From Tubiluchus corallicola (taxonomy: Eukaryota > Animalia > Priapulida), in NCBI GenBank assembly GCA_030141605.1, contig JAQGDQ010000486.1:62001-126000 (forward strand): a DNA stretch of 64,000 nucleotides, given 5' to 3'. Made by a program: the position numbers and the translations under genes. The notes under the pieces are model-generated. The model saw only the letters and a list, made by a program, of their open reading frames with translations. It made no database searches and was not told the origin of the DNA. Position 1 is the first letter of the stretch. Each line of letters begins with the position of its first letter. Of this stretch, positions 1 through 12,368 are shown piece after piece.

Positions 1-162
1 TCCATTTCCTAAGCTGCATTCATTGCATTGTCTTTTATTTTCTGCATTTTTGTTTATTCTAATTCTGTTTGTTGTTTTACCACTATATTTCAATTAACAA
101 TTCCTAGCTCAGCTGTGTGGCAGTGATTATAATATACATTATTGAAACTCAAACTTAAAAGT

Positions 163-486
163 GTGTTTATTGAGCGTAGACGATCTTTTCGACTGCAACA
201 GTCTTTGCCAACACTATAAAACAAGCCAAAAAAGGAATCATTAGTACTTTGCTGATTCTAAAATACTAAGGCAAAAATACTGTGCCTTAATATAGTTCTA
301 GTATAATAAAATACTGTATGCACATTATTACTATAATTGTTATTAATTTTTTGGCTTGTTTTAATGTTAATGTTTATGCCTTAGTTTTTTGGCATCGTCA
401 ATGTACTAATTATTCCTTTTTTGGCTTGTTTTATAGTATTGACAATGACTGTTACAGTTGAAGCAGTCGACTACGCTCAATGCACA
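163..486. repeat. Imperfect inverted repeat, ~115-bp arms (163-278 / 373-486), possibly a Penelope-like inverted pair
   Basis: ctataaaacaagccaaaaaaggaat versus attccttttttggcttgttttatag and flanking matches. Confidence 0.8.
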
Positions 487-593
487 TGTTGATTTCTATA
501 GGCTGGTTCTTTCATGCACAGTATTTAAATATCTGTATTCTAATTAAAAATTTACTGCATTTAGCTTAAGTTGTGCTACTCTTTCTTCTTCAG

Positions 594-732
594 GTGGACT
601 CGGTTAAGGCCGCAAACTTGGAGAGTGATTTAGCCAAAGTGAATGCATTAGTCGAAGGACTAGCAAAGACTAAGCAGAGACTTCATCAACAAAACGTCCT
701 TCTAGAGCAGTTACTAAGTCCTCATCAACTTG
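594..732 (+). CDS. PLEKHA-like exon, coiled-coil (VDSVKAANLESDLAKVNALVEGL...)
   Basis: cttcttcag acceptor, G|gtaagt donor, phase 0 to 1. Confidence 0.8.
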
Positions 733-3700
733 GTAAGTTGCGTCTGCGGCAGCTGCCGTTGTCCATTTAGTTTCATTTGTTTTTTCGTTGAATGTGTGAT
801 AAAAACCAGTAAACAAGTTTGGAAGGAATGCGGCTGGGGTAGTGAACACGGTGCTGCCTAATCTCTAATTTTCAAATTCATAGCAGAGTGAAGAATTTTC
901 TAAAAGTGTGTCACTATCACACCTTTCACTTCTGCTGCCTGCTCCTCTTTGTCCTGCAAGATAGTGCAAAACCTCTTACTAGCCGGAACCGGCTAACAAA
1001 AAAGGCGTAGGTTTGATGTAGGGATGAAAAAAATTCTTTATCTTTCTAATGCATTTTCCATTAACATAGTCAAATGGAATGTGGTCTTGTTGAAGTTTTG
1101 CTGTTAGTTTCTTCCAATTTGTTTTCGCAATGGCTTTGGTATTGTTCGTGATTATAGTTAATTAAACACTCATTTTTAGCTAACATCTTACATGTTATAC
1201 CCTAGGGTTGTTTTATCACTGCAGCTTAATTACCTTTAGTTTGCTAATTACTAGAATTAATCACATTAGAATGATCATTCTTATTTGTCACTGACTTGCC
1301 GCACCTTGCAAATTTTATCTTAATAAGGTTTATGCACTTACAAGAATAAGTCTGCATTATCATAATTCATAGTTGGAAAGTGAAGTTGTTAGCAGCAAGA
1401 AAGAGATGCATAGGAAAGCTATCACATTGTGTTTTATTGTACAGCTAATGCAACCAACAAAAGATACACAGCATAGCAATTTGCCAGATTGTAAATCAAC
1501 CGAGATTCAAAGTTCTCGCTTTATTGTGCTGACTGAGAACAAAGACAGACTATGACACTACATACTGCAACTGATACTATGTGTATTGACGCAGTATGAC
1601 TGTCTCTATACCTACCGTCCATCATGTACTCTACTCGCTCGCTCAATCTATTATTTACTATGCATTAGCGTAATAAAGTGCTACTCGTGACAGGAAGTCT
1701 GCGTGCAACATGAATTGCTTGACAGTAATTGAATGTGCGAATGTTATTTGAACAGTCACGATTCATTTGACACGACATGAAACAATCTTAATTTTCATTA
1801 AAATATTACTTTACAAGAAACGCATTTAGCTGTTACGTTTATTCACTGATGAGATTCAGAGATTTTTGTTTACCATTTTGATTTCTGATAAAAATTGCAG
1901 AAATAAACTTCTGTTGAGATGTTCACGGGGTGTGTCTATTGCTAATAAATACTATCAATTAATTTTATTAAAATGCATATGTTTTGCTTCAATAAAGACA
2001 TATGTATTTGTTTTTGTTTTTAATGTTTACCAAAGCTTTACTATATTTGAAAGAAGAAAAGTCGTTAATAACTGTATTTAAGAACTTTTTGACGGTTTTT
2101 TAGTTTTTTTTGCTAAGTATCTTTATTTTTCATAGAAAATCTTTTCACAACTTTGTCAAAATCAAGGAAAGTTATATAGGAGCTACAGAAATAACTGATG
2201 ATCTTTGCAACATGAGAGACATTGTCGAGTGTTTATATTTATTTGGGAATTTGTCCACGTCTTAGTCTTGTCATTGTTAAGCAACCATTTTGAATCAAAA
2301 AAACTGCCTGTAGTACTTCAGTATTTTGTGTAGAACTCATTGTCGTTTCTAATTACCCATTTGCATTGAAAAATAAAACTTCATCCGTTGTGTATTAGAC
2401 TGCATTTTTAAAGAAGTTTCCACACAGTTCTGTCCAATTTATTTCTTAGTTGCACTGTCATTATTCACGTGTCTTTCCTTAGTTTAACCGTTTGCTATTA
2501 AAGTTAGTAAAATTTTTAGCCGGGCCGTGTAGCTGTACAATTTAGCATTGCTATTTACAGCTCGCTAAGCTTTGACAATCCGGGTGAAAGTAATTTTAAG
2601 TAATAGTTGTTGCTATACGGAAAAGCCTAGCCATTTATTTTCCTGTTTCTACTTGACATTTTGTTTTATGAGGCTGCTACTGGCAAGCGTCGACGTCTCT
2701 GCTGTTGCAAGGGCCATTAATTACTAAAACTTGTAGCCTCTGTGTCATCTAATGACATCCCTTGATGTTTGACGCTTCACTCCACAGCTCATATTTTAGC
2801 TACATGTATGAACGGTTGGTTAGTTGGGTTACTTATCTGCTGAGAGTAAAGTGACTATCCATTAACTGTTTCCTCAGAGTTACGGCACGTTCAGACTAGA
2901 GAGTTTTCTGTCGAGAGTTCTTTCTAAGAGTAAACCAGCAGTGTGAACGGCTCTCTCTGCAACTTATTGCAAACTCTCCGAGAGTTGCTAAAAGTTTTCT
3001 TCGACAATAAACGTGAGCTGACACTCAGCAAAATGCGACAGAACTCGTCCAGATAGAACTCGCGACAGAAAACTCTCTGGTCTGAACTCGCCATTAGAGC
3101 TGTTGTGGAAATATAATATTATAGGTTTGCCTTGTCGCCTCTTATAAGCTTACAAGTATGACTGTTTTTGGTTTTGTTGAAATTTCTCCCATGCCTGATC
3201 ACTTCAGAGACTTTCTAGTAATAATTTGATGCAGCATTTTCCTCTCTGTTTTATTTCCTTCTAGAATATGCGAAAGTTAAAGACATCATTACCTTGTTTC
3301 ATTGTATCACAGTGGAATAATCTTTTTTTTTTTTTTGCTGCGTAATTAAAGGAAACTCATGCGAAAAGAAGGTAAATAATTTGTGTAAACATTCATGATT
3401 GCAATTGCAAATAATTACGTAAAGCTTTTCACAATTCATTTAAGTTTTAACTTGTTGAATTTTGGCCACATTACAATTTCGTTCAGTAATGTTCGATATT
3501 CAAGAACTCAACTTTTCCTTTGATAACGTACAAGTCATTATTTACAGACATTTTCCTTTGTGTTGTGCTTATAGCGGCACCGTGAGTGCATCACGCTTGT
3601 TACAAATTATTTCGTTTATGGCACACCAGAACATGATATGCAATTTTAGTAATTGACTTTTATATGCAGCTGCTCGTGTGAAAGATTAAAATCTAATTTG

Positions 3701-6700
3701 CAATGTGAGTTAACCAGTTCCATCAACATCTAATGTAATTTGCCGTCCCGTCGTAAATGGATTTTATGTTACTTTTGCTGCAAATTTGATATTAAAAGTC
3801 AATTTGTTCTGAATTTGTGGTTCCATGTACATCATGTAATGAATATTTAATGAATAAGTTGCTCCTTAGATTAATGTCTAATTAAGAAGTTTGTTAATTC
3901 TAATATTTTACTTGTAGGTGTCAAACGATCCATTTCAGTCACAGGCACCAAGCAAAAGAGGATCCTTCCCCCTGACAGCAGTTCAACACTCCCCACACGT
4001 AGACCTCGGGGCATCAAGGTCCAGCTCGGCGGGCAACCGCCCGAGCAAACCTCCACGCAAAAACCGGTCAAAGAGCTGCCCGCAAACAAGCGCAGAAGCG
4101 ATGCAGAGGAATCTAGCAGGAGCGATTCCAAGCAGTCCACTGATGACCAGTCCGGCCAGGTCGCCCCAGCTGTCAGCGGGCAGTCCGGCATGGTCTTACC
4201 AGTCGCTGCCAAGAAGTCCTGGAGAAAGAATTTCTTCCGCAAGCAGTCGGGAAGCAAGTCTCAGTCCCCTGAATTGCCACCACCACCAGTCCCCCCTAGA
4301 AAACCTTTCACCACTGCACCAGAGGTCCCCCCAAAACCCGTACGTGGAAGCAATCACAGTGTGCCCGACACTTCACGTCACCCCGCCGACCAGTCCTCGG
4401 GTGTCACTGAGGAGTCCAGAAGGGTCGTCTCAGCTGACGCCTCCTCTCAGCCCGATCATGAGAAGCCCGGGGAAGTCTCCGGAGTGTCCCCACAGTCCCC
4501 AGAGACATGTAAGCTGGAAGTAATACCAGGTTTGCTTTTTATGTAACCTTTGTTTCAATTTTCTGAGTAAACTACATTGTGTGCTAGAATTTGTACAAAG
4601 AAAATAAACAAAGTTCAAAGTAATTCTATAATATGAAACACCTTGTTTTATCATTTTTAAAGGAGGTTGTATGTTTTTTTGCAAATCCTATTAATGTATT
4701 AGATATTGTTTGTACAGTATTGTTTATTTTTGTTCACCCATTTATTATTATAAATTACACTTCTTATTTTGTGCAGCTTTGAACAATGTAGACAAAGATA
4801 CAGCCGGCGAGCAAGCACCTAGTGTTGTCAAGATTGACACGACAGAAGTCGATGCCCTTCTTGCGTCACTGACATCGCCATCTAGCGACATGAAACCCAG
4901 CCATTCAAAAACCAAAACTTTCCCGTCTGTAACCGATGGTGGCAGTGGTGCTAATAAAGAAGATGTGCCTGTTTTAGATGAACATATATATTCCGAAATC
5001 TCAGGGTCTAAAGACGCAAATGTTACTGACAAAAAGAAGCATAAGAAAGATCGCCATGTTTCATTTTCGACTGCTGAAGTAGTGCACAGCACAGAATCTC
5101 CAAAGAACGAGAGTGGAACTGCAGAAACATCATCTGGTGATCAGCGAGGTGTTGCTACTGTGATAATGTTTGATATTGAGAAGCAAACTGTTCAGAAACT
5201 ACCAATGAAAACTGACGATGCTGCCCCTGGTGGTGAGTCCAAGATTCCTCCGACTGTTCCCACTAGAGGATCCTCTGTTACAATGACACAAAAACTTGCT
5301 GAAAAGCATAGGCAGAAGTTGGTGCAAAAGACCGGTTTGTCAGCATGGAAACAGGTAAGTTCTACCTGTCCATTTACAAATATTATCAGATAAATTGGTA
5401 GATAATATCTTGTCCGACTCTTATCTAACCCTAACTCAATTTTGAAATATTAAAACAACTAAATGCATATATCTGTTTCAGCTGATGACACCGCAAGATG
5501 AGTCGGCATGCGAGTCCGATCCGGAAAGCGTCTGCTCTTTTTCTTCGCTTGATATAGGGGGCGCTGTAGATTTAGGTGGAGGAGGGGAATCCTGTGCAAC
5601 CCCAGAGGGTAATGGTGTCATCCAGGCATGCATGAGTGCATGCCACCTAGAAAAATGTCATTTCTTAATCAAAGTTAATGTAGAAGTTGTGTTACCATGT
5701 CATTTGCCAGCTAATTGTTGTTTGTATGCCTTTTTGCTCATGGTCATTTGACATTTTCTGCTGTTGTGTGTAATGTGCGTTGCTCAGCTAATCAGCATGA
5801 ATTTTACATTACAGCATGCAATATTAATTATTTTCTTCTTAACTGCTTTTTAGGTACCACACTAAAATTGATCTTTTCTTGTTTCAGTGGAACCCGTTAA
5901 AATTATGTAGGTGACAAATAATCGTTTGGAGTGCTGTGTAATGATCTAGACCAAACTGTTTTAGCTGCTGTTGCATGCCAACACCGTGTTTATGGCAAAT
6001 GATGCTTATTTAGTTTGTATGTGTGATTGGCAGTATTAGTTGTATGAGTTACGTAGAAGTTGAGCACGATGCTTATCACAGTAGGAGACCATTAGCTTTG
6101 TGTGATGAATTTCTTCTTGTCTGTATGGAAAATACTGTTGTTTGTATGTGTATAGGCATGTATACTGATGAGATTGTGCTGAGCTGTTGTTAGCACATGT
6201 TATAGTGTGATGTTGCAGTAATTTATAAAGCGATCCTATAGCCAGTTGATTCCATATGATTAAAGTTTTGTTTTGATTAATGTTTGCTAGTTAACTGTTA
6301 AAATTCCTTTATTTTGGCCAACTAAAATTTTTTAGGGTAAACCATCTTATTGTCGAACGTAGTATATAATCAAGTGCCAGCAATTCTTCACATTCACTGA
6401 TGTCTAGCTCCTTAACTAAAATCAACTATTTTTCTTCATCTTATATCGTGTACAATAGTGTGCCATATATTAATTTTTTAACAAACAGTTTTTAACTCTG
6501 AAAGCTGTTTGGTTTGCTGAGTTTAATGGTGGCTAGCAGACAATAGTTCATGTCAAATTTTAAGACCCGTGTACTTTTAAAATAAATGATTTTTCTTTAA
6601 ACATTATCACCATTCTTCAATATTAGACAAACTTTTCATCCAAGTTGTCGTATTTAGTCGTAGCCTAAGCACTCAGTGCATCTTTTCTGTCTTACATAGG

Positions 6701-9700
6701 ATTGCGGGCACTTCAGAAGGGAGGCGGAGGACTCACCGTGCGAGACGTGAAGAGAAGGAGCAAAGAACGACAGTTTATACGAGACCAAGAACCGGATAGA
6801 CTAAGCGACATTGTCGACCCTCCGTCACTGCTTGATCTAACACAGACCGGTATGTTTGCAGTCTAAATATTTTGCAGATTCAAACTGTACCATTGCTTAC
6901 AGCAGAAGAACTTTCTCAGTTTTGCTTTACAGTTAGCGAAAAGGGTTTAAACTGGTAAAATAAGAGAAGTTCTTGTTAAGCTAAATAGCATGTTTAGTAA
7001 AACTGATACAGCATTAAGTAGCATTCACTTGGAAAATCTAGTCATTATTTTCTTGTTAGTCTACTACTATAAATGAGCATCAGTATTTGCTGTTTTCCAG
7101 TTGTTGTTGCTATTTTTGGTAGATTTTTACCTGATTCTTTTAGGCTCACCTCACTCCATGTCAAGATTGCCTTCTAAACCAGAACCCCTCAGTGTGTCAA
7201 CAAAAGACTTCATAACAGCTCAGAAACGTGCACCTGGTTCCTCTATGGTACGTGTTTGTAAAGTTTCTGTCTTTTCATAACTTACTGATGTGTATGGCAC
7301 ACATCATATGTTAACTCGTACTTTTGAAATACATCTATATCTTGAAAACAATATGATGTAATGTGTAATGTGTTTTTCTAAAAATTAGGTGAGCAAGAAT
7401 TTACCTGCCCTTACTTAGGATAAGTAATGGTATATTAAGGTCTATTGCTAGATTCTTCCAATAGGCTGGTTGACTTAGATAATCATTGCTGGCAATTTGT
7501 TACAATTTTTTACTGTGAGTTGAAGATTACTTTGGTGGTATTATGGTGAGGATTCTAGTATCAGTTTTAAAAACTGTCTAATCGGAACCAAATAACTAAA
7601 CTGAATTAAACTAAGTTTAATTTAAGTGTAGTTCATCATTAGTGGTCACTGTTAATTATAGATAATCAAACTAATTTTCCCTAATAATTGCCACTCACTG
7701 TTAACAATATGGGTAATCATTTCTAATTATTGTTAACTGTGAACAGTCATTTCTAAGTATTGTTAACTGTGAACAGTCATTTCTAAGTATTGTTAACTGT
7801 GAACAGTCATTTCTAAGTATTGTTAACTGTGAACAGTCATTTCTAAATATTGTTAAAATTATACTTAATCACATACTTCTTATCTTTGGGCTATAGTTGT
7901 TAATTGAGATAATTAGGGCAAACGACAGATAATATTATGCTGCGTAGTTCATTACTAACTGTATCTTTCTTCTCCAGGGCAACGATGTGTTCGTATTTCA
8001 GGCTTCGCCGTCTCGTACAACCACAAACCGATCCGCGCAAAATCGTCTCTTCCCAAATTCCAGCAATAATAATTCAAATGGCGAGGCTCGGCTACGACCA
8101 AGAGCTGATAGAAGGAACCGGAAGACTGCCCACAGGCACACGATATCCGGAAATCAGGGAGCTGTTATAACCCAAGCTATGAAGAATGTGAGTCAAAAAC
8201 ATATATGAGAAATTATTATTTTTATTGATGAGTAACATTCTGCAATTAAAGGAGCAATACATCATAAAATGATGGTAACTTAACAATTTTAGTATTATCT
8301 AATTAATTGACACTTCTTGCATAAAAATGTTTGTGTTATATTAGAATTACAATTACAATTAGTATATTACAATTAGTTGAGCTACTGTATAAAGTAGACC
8401 TTCAGATGCTTCAGGCAAAAAGGGTACAAAATTTTGCCATTAGCATGTTTTGCTACTGGCTAGAAAGATTTGTTGATATTATATTATATTATTGATGTAA
8501 TTTTTCTATTTGGCTGTCAATTTTTTCATATATTTTTTTTCTTGTGTCATGATAGTATTCAAATACTATCATGTCCTTTGTAGCCCATTGTTTCGTGAAA
8601 CTGAAAGTATCGTGACTGTTTTTGTTTAGATGAATGATTATGATTACAACAGTTATTACAATAATTTCTTGAAGATTTGTGAAATGATATTTAAAGATTA
8701 TAAGAAACTCTAGAACACATAAATATGTATTTTTAGTGAATCAAATGGTTTTCTCCAACTTTTTAATCTTTCTGTCGTATAGTTTGGCACACTTGTAAAC
8801 CTGAGTGATTATTGCTTTGCTTTAGCATGAGAACTCTCGCACTAAGGATGACATGGACCTGCGCGATGGCACCCCCGATTTGGTGAAGAGCACTGTGCAT
8901 AGAGAACATGAACATATAAATCCACTTGCTATTGATTTAGAGGTACTTGGTTTAATCGTTTTCTAAATTCCAATTTGCTGCAAGTTTTAATATTTGTGTG
9001 CTTGCATATCAAAAACGCATCCGTATGTCGACAATTAAGCGTTTCTAGTTATTCACATATTTTGAATCTCCATTTCAAGAGGATCATTTTGATACCAAGC
9101 TCATCGCTCAATGTTATTTCGGAGCTGAGATAACCCACATTGAAAATGAGGTGCAGGTTACGCACTGAAAAACTTAACCTTTATTAAATCACTGTTAAAC
9201 TTAGGGCTCCATTGTTTTTGTCAAGTTTCTACAAAACATTTAGCAACCGTACAAGAGCACATAGAAGTTATATTTAAATCCAATAGATGTCTTTTCCAGA
9301 CTAAGATCTGGGCTTGGCAACAGAAAAAAATCACAAGCAAAGTGACGGCTTCCATGTGCTACTATCGGAGTATCGGTCTTTTTCAGTTTTTAGCCAAATT
9401 TGGGCATACAGGGTTACAAAAGTATCAAACTTTTAGTATTTTTTTAACATTATCCTGATGGTTTTTAAGGATTATTATAAATATAGAATATGAAAGTCCA
9501 ATATATTTAGCGTTTGTTTTTATAAAAAACAAAAAATTGACATTTTACCCATTTTTTACGCATTCTGCTTTGAAGCATCATGCCGACTTACGGACCGTTT
9601 TGATTTGCAAGCCCGCATATGTCACTTCAAATCGTTCAGAATGACTATTTTCTAATGGTTAATGATATTTTATTATTCGTGTTTCTTTTAGCTGTCAAAG

Positions 9701-12368
9701 CCATCGAAAGTTCGCATACCTGAACGACTAGAGATGGAACCTGAACGTTTGACCCCAGAACAGGTCAAGGAGCGCAAGCATAAAGCGGAGAGCATACGCA
9801 AGATGTTGCTGAATTCTGAAAGGTACCACATCCTCAGATATATGAATACAGTCAAACCTTTTTATACCACCCACTTTGGGACTGCAACAAAAAGTTGGCA
9901 TTAAATGAGTTTGGCATTATAGCGAGGTGCATTAAGACATTGATTTTGTTCAGATTTTGTTGAGACGTCGATCCAAAATTGCCGATTGTCCGCATTTACT
10001 GATACTGAACTAATACAGTAGGTGCTGTGTATTAGACTCACGATAATATAGAATCAGTTGTCTAATTGTCTCAAAAACATCTAGTACTGGCCGCTCCTAT
10101 GCAAAAGTATATAAAAAACTGTCAGCGTTTGACTCAAATAACTCTGCATAATTGACTCTATATTTTTTCTGCACATGCTTAAATAAGATACTTTTGTGTG
10201 ACCAATGAACTTTTACTATTTTCGTGTCCTCTTACTTCGCTTTTGTGTGTTATAATATACGTAGAAACAATCACGTTAAGTACAGTTTGTTACATGCTAC
10301 TTGGTTACACTGATGTAATGACGTAAGGAAAGTGACGGCCCCCCAAATAGCGATCAGCTCGCGAAACAACTGACGTGTGTCTGTAGTATGCGGGACTTTT
10401 TACATGTCCAGATTTTGTCCGATTCTTCCGATATCCGTAAAAAGCAAGGTCCGGCAAAGCAAGACATGAGTGTATGTTTTACCATTTTTCTGAATTTTAT
10501 TTGTATTTAGAGTGACTTCATTAATCTTGTTTTAATTCGTATATTAATCCAGCTTTTGCTGCAATTTTATTGAACAAACTAAAAAAAACTGGTATATGCA
10601 AATATATGGCATTAAGTTAGGTTGGCGTTATAAAGGGGGCGTTATAACAAGATATGACAGTAAATAGCTCACTTTTAAGTTTCTTTGAATTTCTGTTATT
10701 CTTAAGTTGCAATGCTCAGACAGTTTTCTGCATGGTTGCTATTACTTGCTACATTTCTGATAATTACCTGTAATGTGTGCTGTTATTTATTTTTTAAAGA
10801 AAATTAATTTTTAATTTGAAAGTTTTTTAAACATCCTAATAGACCGATACATTTTTGCACCACACACCGTTATTTACCAAAAATAACTGAAATTTTGCTA
10901 CCCAAGCATGTAAGTTTTAACTTGTAGTTGCACCCACATTGTAACCTATTCATCTTTTCCAGCATGAATTTGACCGCACCAGAGCCGGAAGAAGTTAAAC
11001 CAGCAAAAACGGAGATACTCAAAGAGAAACGCGAACGAGAGAAATTACTGAACTTGAACCAGATGTTAGCTGCCGAAGTTAAAGAAATTGCAGGTACACT
11101 GAGTATAGACATGTTTGTCTGATTAGTATGCTAATGTACAGAACAAAATTTGGGAAACAAAGCAATACCATTAATGTGTGAGTTTAAAGCCAGTATGGCT
11201 AATTTTTTATGCGCTATTAATGCAATAAATGTACTATTGCAATAATTTCATTATTAAGGAATAGAAAATGTAAAAATACAAGTCTTGCATATCGAGACAT
11301 TGAACAGTTTTTTACCAGTCAGGAAGTACTCAACCAATAGTGTATTATTATGCAAATTCTCATAAGGAAAATATTAGATTGCATTGCAGCTAATTAGCCC
11401 TTTCATTCAGAGTGGTTTTTGCATGATTAACATTCATAATAGACTTTTATATCTAAATGCAGTAGGTGCCGCTTATCAGACTCATAGTTAATAGAATCAG
11501 TCGCCTAATTGACTCAAAGATGTCTGGTACAGGTCACTCCTATTCAAATGTATGTAAAAACTCTCAGCAATTGACGCATATTATTGACTCAATATTTTTG
11601 CTTCGTGTGCTAAGACACTTGTGTGTGTTCAAAGAGCTTTTACTGCTTTTATGTCATCTTTACTTCGCTTTTGTGCACTATAACACAATAACATATGTAT
11701 AAACAATCATGTTAAGTACTTTTTTCTTATAAGCAGGTACGTTTATCATGCACTGATATGCTACACGACGGTTTTGCTTTGAATTTGTTACTGGCTTATC
11801 CTCTACAATTAATCTTATTGCCCAAGAATTTATGTAAGCTAAACTTTTAATCACATGCCTAGCGGGTTCCTTTTTGAAGCGCTTGCTGCTTTTCACAAAA
11901 TGTTTAATTAGTTAATTGTTGCTGTTATGCCACTGATATAACCGCAGTATTTTTTGCATCCTTATAGGCATAAATATCATTGAATGTCTAAGAGTATAGA
12001 GTTAATTATGAAAAATACATTAGAACATAAGCGTAAATGCCTAATATTTAAAGCTTTTGCAATCAATGCAGTGATAAGCTGGTAAGTGATAACTCGTTCT
12101 TCTATACTGGTAATACTACATACATCATCTAATAGGTTATGCCAGTTAATTGGGTCAAAACTCTTCCATACCTAAGTGAGTCTATTAAGTGGCACCTACT
12201 GTAGCGTTTTATATTGTGGCATAATAGAACCAAGTTTCTGCATAATTAGTAAGTTTTCTTGATGCGAATAATTTTTGCTTTTATTTATGAAAGTTGTTCT
12301 TTTTTTAAGCTCGGAATCATGCTTTAGTTGGTCAGTCTCCAACCCGTGAAGTGGACCTTATAGCCTAG
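594..12368 (+). CDS. PLEKHA7: 3' portion of a PLEKHA5/6/7-like (pleckstrin homology family A) gene; 11 exons in window, 5' end lies upstream
   Basis: Exons 594-732, 3918-4529, 4777-5354, 5482-5608, 6700-6849, 7144-7247, 7978-8187, 8826-8942, 9692-9822, 10963-11093, 12310-12368 join in phase via GT-AG. Motifs LTVRDVKRRSKER, IDLELSKPSKVRIPER...ERKHKAESIRKML and EREKLLNLNQMLAAE resemble, from memory, the conserved C-terminal blocks of PLEKHA5/6/7. PH/WW domains are not in the window, so the symbol denotes the family only. Confidence 0.75.
2883..3093. mobile_element. PIF/Harbinger-like MITE
   Basis: ~38-bp imperfect TIRs (cggcacgttcagactagagagttttctgtcg / cgacagaaaactctctggtctgaactcgcca), TTA direct repeat at 2880-2882 and 3094-3096. 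Confidence 0.8.
3918..4529 (+). CDS. PLEKHA-like Pro/Ser-rich exon (GVKRSISVTG...PPPPVPPRKP...VIP)
   Basis: ttgtag acceptor; GC-rich; phase 1 to 1 in the frame of ORF 4190..4546; donor at 4529 (cag|gtttgc) or in-frame alternative at 4508 (cat|gtaagc). Confidence 0.75.
4777..5354 (+). CDS. PLEKHA-like low-complexity exon
   Basis: tgcag acceptor, CAG|gtaagt donor, within ORF 4710..5393, phase 1 to 0. Confidence 0.8.
5482..5608 (+). CDS. PLEKHA-like exon (LMTPQDESACES...)
   Basis: tttcag acceptor, G|gtaatg donor, phase 0 to 1. Confidence 0.7.
6700..6849 (+). CDS. PLEKHA-like exon (LTVRDVKRRSKERQF)
   Basis: catag acceptor, G|gtatgt donor, 150 nt, phase 1 to 1. Confidence 0.8.
7144..7247 (+). 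CDS. PLEKHA-like exon (SPHSMSRLPSKPE...)
   Basis: tttttag acceptor, ATG|gtacgt donor, phase 1 to 0. Confidence 0.75.
7717..7856. repeat. 30-bp minisatellite (ttctaagtattgttaactgtgaacagtcat) ~4.5 copies
   Basis: Directly visible tandem copies. Confidence 0.95.
7978..8187 (+). CDS. PLEKHA-like exon (...RRHTISGNQG...)
   Basis: TACTAAC branch site plus pyrimidine tract before the acceptor at 7977; in-frame alternative acceptor at 8001; AAT|gtgagt donor. Confidence 0.75.
8826..8942 (+). CDS. PLEKHA-like exon (HENSRTKDD...IDLE)
   Basis: tttag acceptor, GAG|gtactt donor, 117 nt, phase 0 to 0. Confidence 0.8.
8998..9614. mobile_element. Non-autonomous TIR element, superfamily unclear
   Basis: gtgcttgcatatcaaaaacgcatccgtatgtcgaca versus tgccgacttacggaccgttttgatttgcaagccc; no clean TSD. 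Confidence 0.65.
9692..9822 (+). CDS. PLEKHA-like exon (LSKPSKVRIPER...KAESIRKML)
   Basis: ttttag acceptor, AG|gtacca donor; family-diagnostic motif. Confidence 0.85.
9849..10660. mobile_element. Tc1/mariner (pogo/Tigger-like) MITE containing a fragment of a second family (10016-~10300)
   Basis: TA-CAGTCAAACC...TATA start; end GGCGTTATAACAAGATATGACAG-TA. Confidence 0.55.
10963..11093 (+). CDS. PLEKHA-like penultimate exon (EKREREKLLNLNQMLAAE)
   Basis: ttccag acceptor, G|gtacac donor, phase 2 to 1. Confidence 0.8.
11460..12201. mobile_element. Tc1/mariner (pogo/Tigger-like) MITE, TIR CAGTAGGTGCC
   Basis: CAGTAGGTGCCGCTTATCAGACTCA ... TGAGTCTATTAAGTGGCACCTACTG-TA; related copies at 10016 and 60210-60807. 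Confidence 0.8.
12310..12368 (+). CDS. PLEKHA-like last coding exon (ARNHALVGQSPTREVDLIA*)
   Basis: T-tract plus aag acceptor, phase 1, TAG at 12366-12368, followed by long AT-rich UTR-like sequence. Confidence 0.65.

Noticed and set aside
3871-5092. Minus-strand ORFs 3871-4257 and 4748-5092
   Set aside because: Antisense shadows of real GC-rich exons, with no independent support
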